From Candidatus Hodarchaeota archaeon (lineage in GTDB: Archaea; Asgardarchaeota; Heimdallarchaeia; Hodarchaeales; Hodarchaeaceae), in contig JAEOTM010000069.1 of assembly GCA_016839815.1 (NCBI GenBank), positions 1 through 64,000 on the forward strand: DNA of 64,000 nucleotides. Reading direction: 5' to 3'. Shown piece by piece: positions 60,201-64,000 of the stretch (position 1 is the first letter of the stretch; every line of letters begins with the position of its first letter). The notes beneath the pieces were generated by a model, which was not told the DNA's origin, did not search any database, and saw only the letters and a program-made list of their open reading frames with translations. A program made the position numbers and the translations under genes.

Positions 60201-61388
60201 TCACTCCATTGAAATAAATTTCCCTGATTGGAGTAATTTGATAGGTTTAAGGTACGGTTTATTGAGCTTTTCCGAATATTCCTCAAGGAGTTCCGCTAAT
60301 TGACGATAATTATTCACAGCGTATTCCATCGGACCAGGAAAATTCATCCCTGCAAGTATTGCTTCATCAATCACTTTCCAGCTATTACAAACACCTTCTT
60401 CTAGTACTCGGCAGGCTTCATTGACCCGAATCGCTGTATAGACCATAGAATTTACAATTCCTGCTTTTTTAGATAAATCTGGTCTAGGCCGGCCTTCAGA
60501 CCAGTCATAAAAACCTCGTCCTGTTTTCTTACCTAAGTTACCTTCAGCAATTTGCTTTCTAACAAATTCACCAGGTGAAAAATCAGGTGATAGAGTTTCC
60601 GCATAATATTCTGCAGTATGAAATGATACATCGCGACCAACAAAATCAGCAAGTACTAATCTACTCATCTGCTCATTTGGTCCTGTAATATCTGCATCAA
60701 TTTCTTGCCATGGAATACCTTGTTTGTAGGCGAGATCGAATATATAATCAGAATAAATTCGTTCAGGAGCTAATACACGATTAACAATAAATCCAGGGTG
60801 ATCCTTTAACACTTTTGGAACATATCGTTCTCCTCTCAAACATGGCAAGCTTTCTCCGACTTCAACTCCAATATTCATTGTTTCTTCGGAGCTTTGTTCC
60901 CCTGCAATGATCTCAATCAAACGCATTAAAGGTGCAGGATTGAAGAAGTGCATCCCTATGACATTAGTGGAATTGTTACATGTTTTAGCTATATCCGTGA
61001 TTCGAATACTCGAAGTATTAGAGGCAAAAACACAATGCCTCGGAGAGTTATCAAGTGCTGTTTTGCATACTTTCTGTTTTATGTCCAAATTCTCTACTAT
61101 TGCCTCAATAATGAAATCTGCCTCTTTAACAGCTTCAATCAAGTCGGTAGTGGTTTCCATTCTTGCCAAAATATCAGTGACCATTAATTTTCCCCGTAAT
61201 TGTCCCTTTTTCTCTAGTCTTTTAAGTCCATTCTCAATATAGGTAACTGCATTTTTGATGATATCGTTCTTAACGTCATTCAAGATCACATGATATCCAG
61301 CCATTAAACAAAGCTGGGCAATACCCTTACCCATTTGCCCTACACCTACCACGATAATATTTTCTACCGTTTTCATTTGAATCACCAT
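60201..61388 (-). CDS. 3-hydroxyacyl-CoA dehydrogenase
   Basis: GVGQMGKGIA, EAIVE, ASNTSS, GMHFFNP, PGFIVNR, LGKKTGRGFY. Confidence 0.93.
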   Translation of the reverse strand: MVIQMKTVENIIVVGVGQMGKGIAQLCLMAGYHVILNDVKNDIIKNAVTYIENGLKRLEKKGQLRGKLMVTDILARMETTTDLIEAVKEADFIIEAIVENLDIKQKVCKTALDNSPRHCVFASNTSSIRITDIAKTCNNSTNVIGMHFFNPAPLMRLIEIIAGEQSSEETMNIGVEVGESLPCLRGERYVPKVLKDHPGFIVNRVLAPERIYSDYIFDLAYKQGIPWQEIDADITGPNEQMSRLVLADFVGRDVSFHTAEYYAETLSPDFSPGEFVRKQIAEGNLGKKTGRGFYDWSEGRPRPDLSKKAGIVNSMVYTAIRVNEACRVLEEGVCNSWKVIDEAILAGMNFPGPMEYAVNNYRQLAELLEEYSEKLNKPYLKPIKLLQSGKFISME

Positions 61389-61453
61389 TTATAATTTCAT
61401 GATAGTTCTATTAACTTTGCAGGAGTAACTCAAAATCCATAATACTTCGCTAC

Positions 61454-62443
61454 TTATAGTTTTTTTACAAATTTTCCTTCAATTTGAATTTGATTAAGAT
61501 CTCTCAGTTCTTTAATATGCTGTTCAATATGTATCGCTTCAAAATAATCCCAAACAAATGCGGGATTGCTTCGTTTTCCTTTATAGATGAACGACTGATC
61601 AGCAATTTGCTGAACTGTAACTCCCTGTTCATGTGATTCAATAAATTCCAAGATTTCACGTTTCCGGAAGTCGAAACTTTTGGAAAAAGAACCAAGGAGT
61701 TTTAATCCCTCTTCTTTAGTAACCTCATGAAAGTGGCTAGAGATAATTCGGGAAATTTTATGTTTGTTTACGAATTCTAATACACGATCTACAGATTTCC
61801 TAAACGCTTGAAGATCGGAATTTGGCCAACCATACCATGGTCCAAAACTACTAGAGATCTCCATATCTCCGATAAATAAAATCCGGCTTAATGGATCATA
61901 TAGACCAATATGCCCTGGAGAATGACCTGGAAGGTGAATTAACTGAATTTCAGTCACTCCTATGTCAAATAATGCATTGCTATCTACCGATTGTACATCC
62001 ATTAAATTTAAATCCTCCCACGAAGAAAAACCCTCTCGATTCAGAAATGATAACAATCTCTGAGACCACTCTCCCTTTAACTCTAAGGTATCATTTCGAT
62101 TTTGGGAACAGTAATGAAAATAGGCATTTAAGGATAGTAATGCGTCTTTTTCCTGCTCGTGAATCAGTTTTTCCGTATTTGGAAAGATATGAGATCCAAT
62201 GATATGATCTATATGATAATGGGAAAAAAGAATATGATTAATCTCTACGATATTTTTTATCTCTCTTAACTTGCCATTCTGTACTTGGGAGCCAGTATCC
62301 ACGAGTAATGTGGTTTCATTGAAAAAAAGCACTGAATTTGACTGAAGTATTTGTTTTCTGTTTTCGGGATGGATTAATAGGATATGTGGCGCTAAAAGCT
62401 TTCCATGACGAGAAAGTCTTCTATGAATAATAAAGAACACCAC
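61454..62443 (-). CDS. MBL-fold metallo-hydrolase
   Basis: VDTG, SHYHIDHI, PGHSPGH, FIGD, SSH. Confidence 0.88.
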   Translation of the reverse strand: MVFFIIHRRLSRHGKLLAPHILLIHPENRKQILQSNSVLFFNETTLLVDTGSQVQNGKLREIKNIVEINHILFSHYHIDHIIGSHIFPNTEKLIHEQEKDALLSLNAYFHYCSQNRNDTLELKGEWSQRLLSFLNREGFSSWEDLNLMDVQSVDSNALFDIGVTEIQLIHLPGHSPGHIGLYDPLSRILFIGDMEISSSFGPWYGWPNSDLQAFRKSVDRVLEFVNKHKISRIISSHFHEVTKEEGLKLLGSFSKSFDFRKREILEFIESHEQGVTVQQIADQSFIYKGKRSNPAFVWDYFEAIHIEQHIKELRDLNQIQIEGKFVKKL

Positions 62444-62460
62444 AAATCAAAGTGAAAAGA

Positions 62461-63234
62461 TCAGATAATTCCTAGATATGCTTCTTTAACATGGGGATTG
62501 TTAAGTAATTCATCTCTATTCCCCTCTAATTCAATTCTACCTTCTTCTAAAAGGTAACCACGATCACATATTTCCAAGGCAATACTTGCATCCTGTTCTA
62601 CAAGAAGGATGGTAGTTCCAGCAGATTGTATTTTCCGAATTGCATCTATGATATTTTTCTTCACCATGGGAGCTAGGCCCAATGATGGTTCATCTAACAG
62701 GAGGATTTTTGGATCTCCCATTAATGATCGCGCTATTGCAACCATTTGTTGTTCTCCACCGGAGAAATTTCCTGCTTTCTCATCTAATCGTGCTTTCAAA
62801 ACGGGGAATAAATTAAGGACCTGTTCAAAGAGCTCGTCAACTCTACGTTTATCTTCGATTGTATATGCTCCTAAAATCAAATTTTCCTCTACACTTGAAT
62901 CAGTAAATAATCGTCTCCGTTCTGGGCAATGGACAATACCTAACTCAACAATTTTATGCGGTTTGAGAGAACGATTTTTCCCCAACACACGAAAATCAGA
63001 TTTTGTTGATTCACAAATCATCTGACCATCAAAGAAAATTTTTCCTCGTTCGAGTTCAACCAAACCAGAAATTGCCCGTAGTAAGGTGGTTTTTCCTGTT
63101 CCATTGGGACCAATCACGGCAACGAGTTCCCCTGGTTTGACTTTCAGAAAAATAGATGCTAGCGCTATAGCTCTCCCATAATGTACACTTGCACCCTGTA
63201 GTTCAAGTAAATAAGAACTATCTGCTTCAGGCAT
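62461..63234 (-). CDS. livF: Branched-chain amino acid ABC ATPase (LivF-like)
   Basis: GPNGTGKTT, FSGGEQQM, LLLDEPSLGLAP, LLVEQ, EAYLG. Confidence 0.9.
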   Translation of the reverse strand: MPEADSSYLLELQGASVHYGRAIALASIFLKVKPGELVAVIGPNGTGKTTLLRAISGLVELERGKIFFDGQMICESTKSDFRVLGKNRSLKPHKIVELGIVHCPERRRLFTDSSVEENLILGAYTIEDKRRVDELFEQVLNLFPVLKARLDEKAGNFSGGEQQMVAIARSLMGDPKILLLDEPSLGLAPMVKKNIIDAIRKIQSAGTTILLVEQDASIALEICDRGYLLEEGRIELEGNRDELLNNPHVKEAYLGII

Positions 63235-64000
63235 ATTGTACCGCCTCCTTACCTAAATATGCTGCGATTACATCTTCATTATTAGCAATTTCTTTGGGCG
63301 TTCCTTGCCCAATAAGTCGTCCCTGATCAAGAACAATTACTCGATCAACTAAACGCATCAAAATGCCAAGTTTGTGTTCCACAATAGCAATTGTCATCCC
63401 TTTTTCCCGACTCTCTTTAATTAAATGTTCAATGCGGAAAGATTCTTCGTGACTCAAACCTGCAAAAGGTTCGTCTAATAAGAGCAACTCTGGTTGTACA
63501 GCCATTGCTCTAGATATATCTAACCGCTTTAAATCACCGTGAGGAAGAATAAATGCAGGATAATTCTTTTTTTCTGCAAGGTCTACCGTAATTAATGACC
63601 AAGTTGCCCTATTCTTGAGGGTGGAAGGTCTTGAGGTAAGATAATTTGGCACATGTGGTACCATGGCATTTTCAAGAGCATTGAGAAATTTAAATGGCCT
63701 GACTAGTTGAAATGTTCGAGCAATTCCCATACTAGCTATCCTGTAGGGAGATTTTCCGATGATATTTTTTCCATTCAATAGAATTTTCGATCCTTTTTCT
63801 GGTTTAAGAAAACCCGATAAGAGATTAAAGAGTGTGGTCTTACCAGCACCATTAGGACCGATTATCCCAACTAATTCTCCAGCTTTAATAGTAAAATTTA
63901 CTTTATCTACCGCTTTAAGCCCTTTAAAATGCTTGCTTAGATTTTTTACTTCAATCAGTACCGTGCCATCAATTTTAGGAGAGAATGTATCTTCTGTATT
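63227..64000 (-). CDS. livG: Branched-chain amino acid ABC ATPase (LivG-like), 5' end beyond the window
   Basis: The frame is open to base 64000 and includes GIIGPNGAGKTTLFN upstream of the listed ORF; GIARTFQ, LLLDEP, VEH, AAYLG. Confidence 0.9.
   Translation of the reverse strand, partial: NTEDTFSPKIDGTVLIEVKNLSKHFKGLKAVDKVNFTIKAGELVGIIGPNGAGKTTLFNLLSGFLKPEKGSKILLNGKNIIGKSPYRIASMGIARTFQLVRPFKFLNALENAMVPHVPNYLTSRPSTLKNRATWSLITVDLAEKKNYPAFILPHGDLKRLDISRAMAVQPELLLLDEPFAGLSHEESFRIEHLIKESREKGMTIAIVEHKLGILMRLVDRVIVLDQGRLIGQGTPKEIANNEDVIAAYLGKEAVQYA

Noticed and set aside
55336-61388. Beta-oxidation cluster as a novelty
   Set aside because: Redundant thiolase, hydratase and dehydrogenase clusters are ordinary in heterotrophic archaea.
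890-63025. Many short ORF-track entries antisense or out-of-frame within long genes (e.g. 890..1147, 5091..5516, 15806..16225, 58163..58633, 62609..63025)
   Set aside because: They are shadow ORFs overlapping well-supported genes and show no recognisable motifs.
1-64000. tRNA/rRNA genes or SECIS elements
   Set aside because: No cloverleaf or rRNA-like GC-rich segments, and no in-frame TGA at redox-active sites, were noticed by eye; tRNAscan-SE or Infernal would be decisive.

Overview
AT-rich archaeal chromosomal window. An Asgard (Heimdallarchaeia/Hodarchaeales-like) source is inferred from the archaeal-type RadA, TATA-type promoters, oligo-T terminators, tandem Lrp regulator, TPR proteins and redundant beta-oxidation genes. 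The left part (1-25.5 kb) is metabolic/stress genes: aminopeptidase, citF divergent from a citryl-CoA lyase, HtpG, rubredoxin plus a frameshifted FprA, a Grx-TrxR fusion and tmk. It also holds a pair of unannotated paralogous ~50-aa ORFs. The right part (54-64 kb) is a fatty-acid beta-oxidation cluster and LivFG. The centre (~25.5-53.5 kb) is the most notable region: a dense DNA recombination/repair island. It encodes GIY-YIG, Cas4/AddB-like and MmcB-like nucleases, RadA plus two further RecA-fold paralogs, XPD, a pseudo-Hef helicase and an MrfA/Hrq1 helicase. These genes are interleaved and probably co-transcribed with a 1604-aa Ig-like surface protein, membrane proteins and a degenerate HerA/VirB4(CedB)-like ATPase. 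Several island promoters share the motif WTTTYRRATATTTAAG (an exact 17-mer occurs at 37631 and 47194). Two paralogous Cys-rich ORFs lie near its ends, and many of its enzymes are intact ORFs with eroded catalytic motifs. Hypothesis (inference): a co-regulated, possibly damage-inducible DNA exchange/recombination system. No rRNA, tRNA, CRISPR array or transposase was recognised. All assignments are by-eye motif recognition without database searches.
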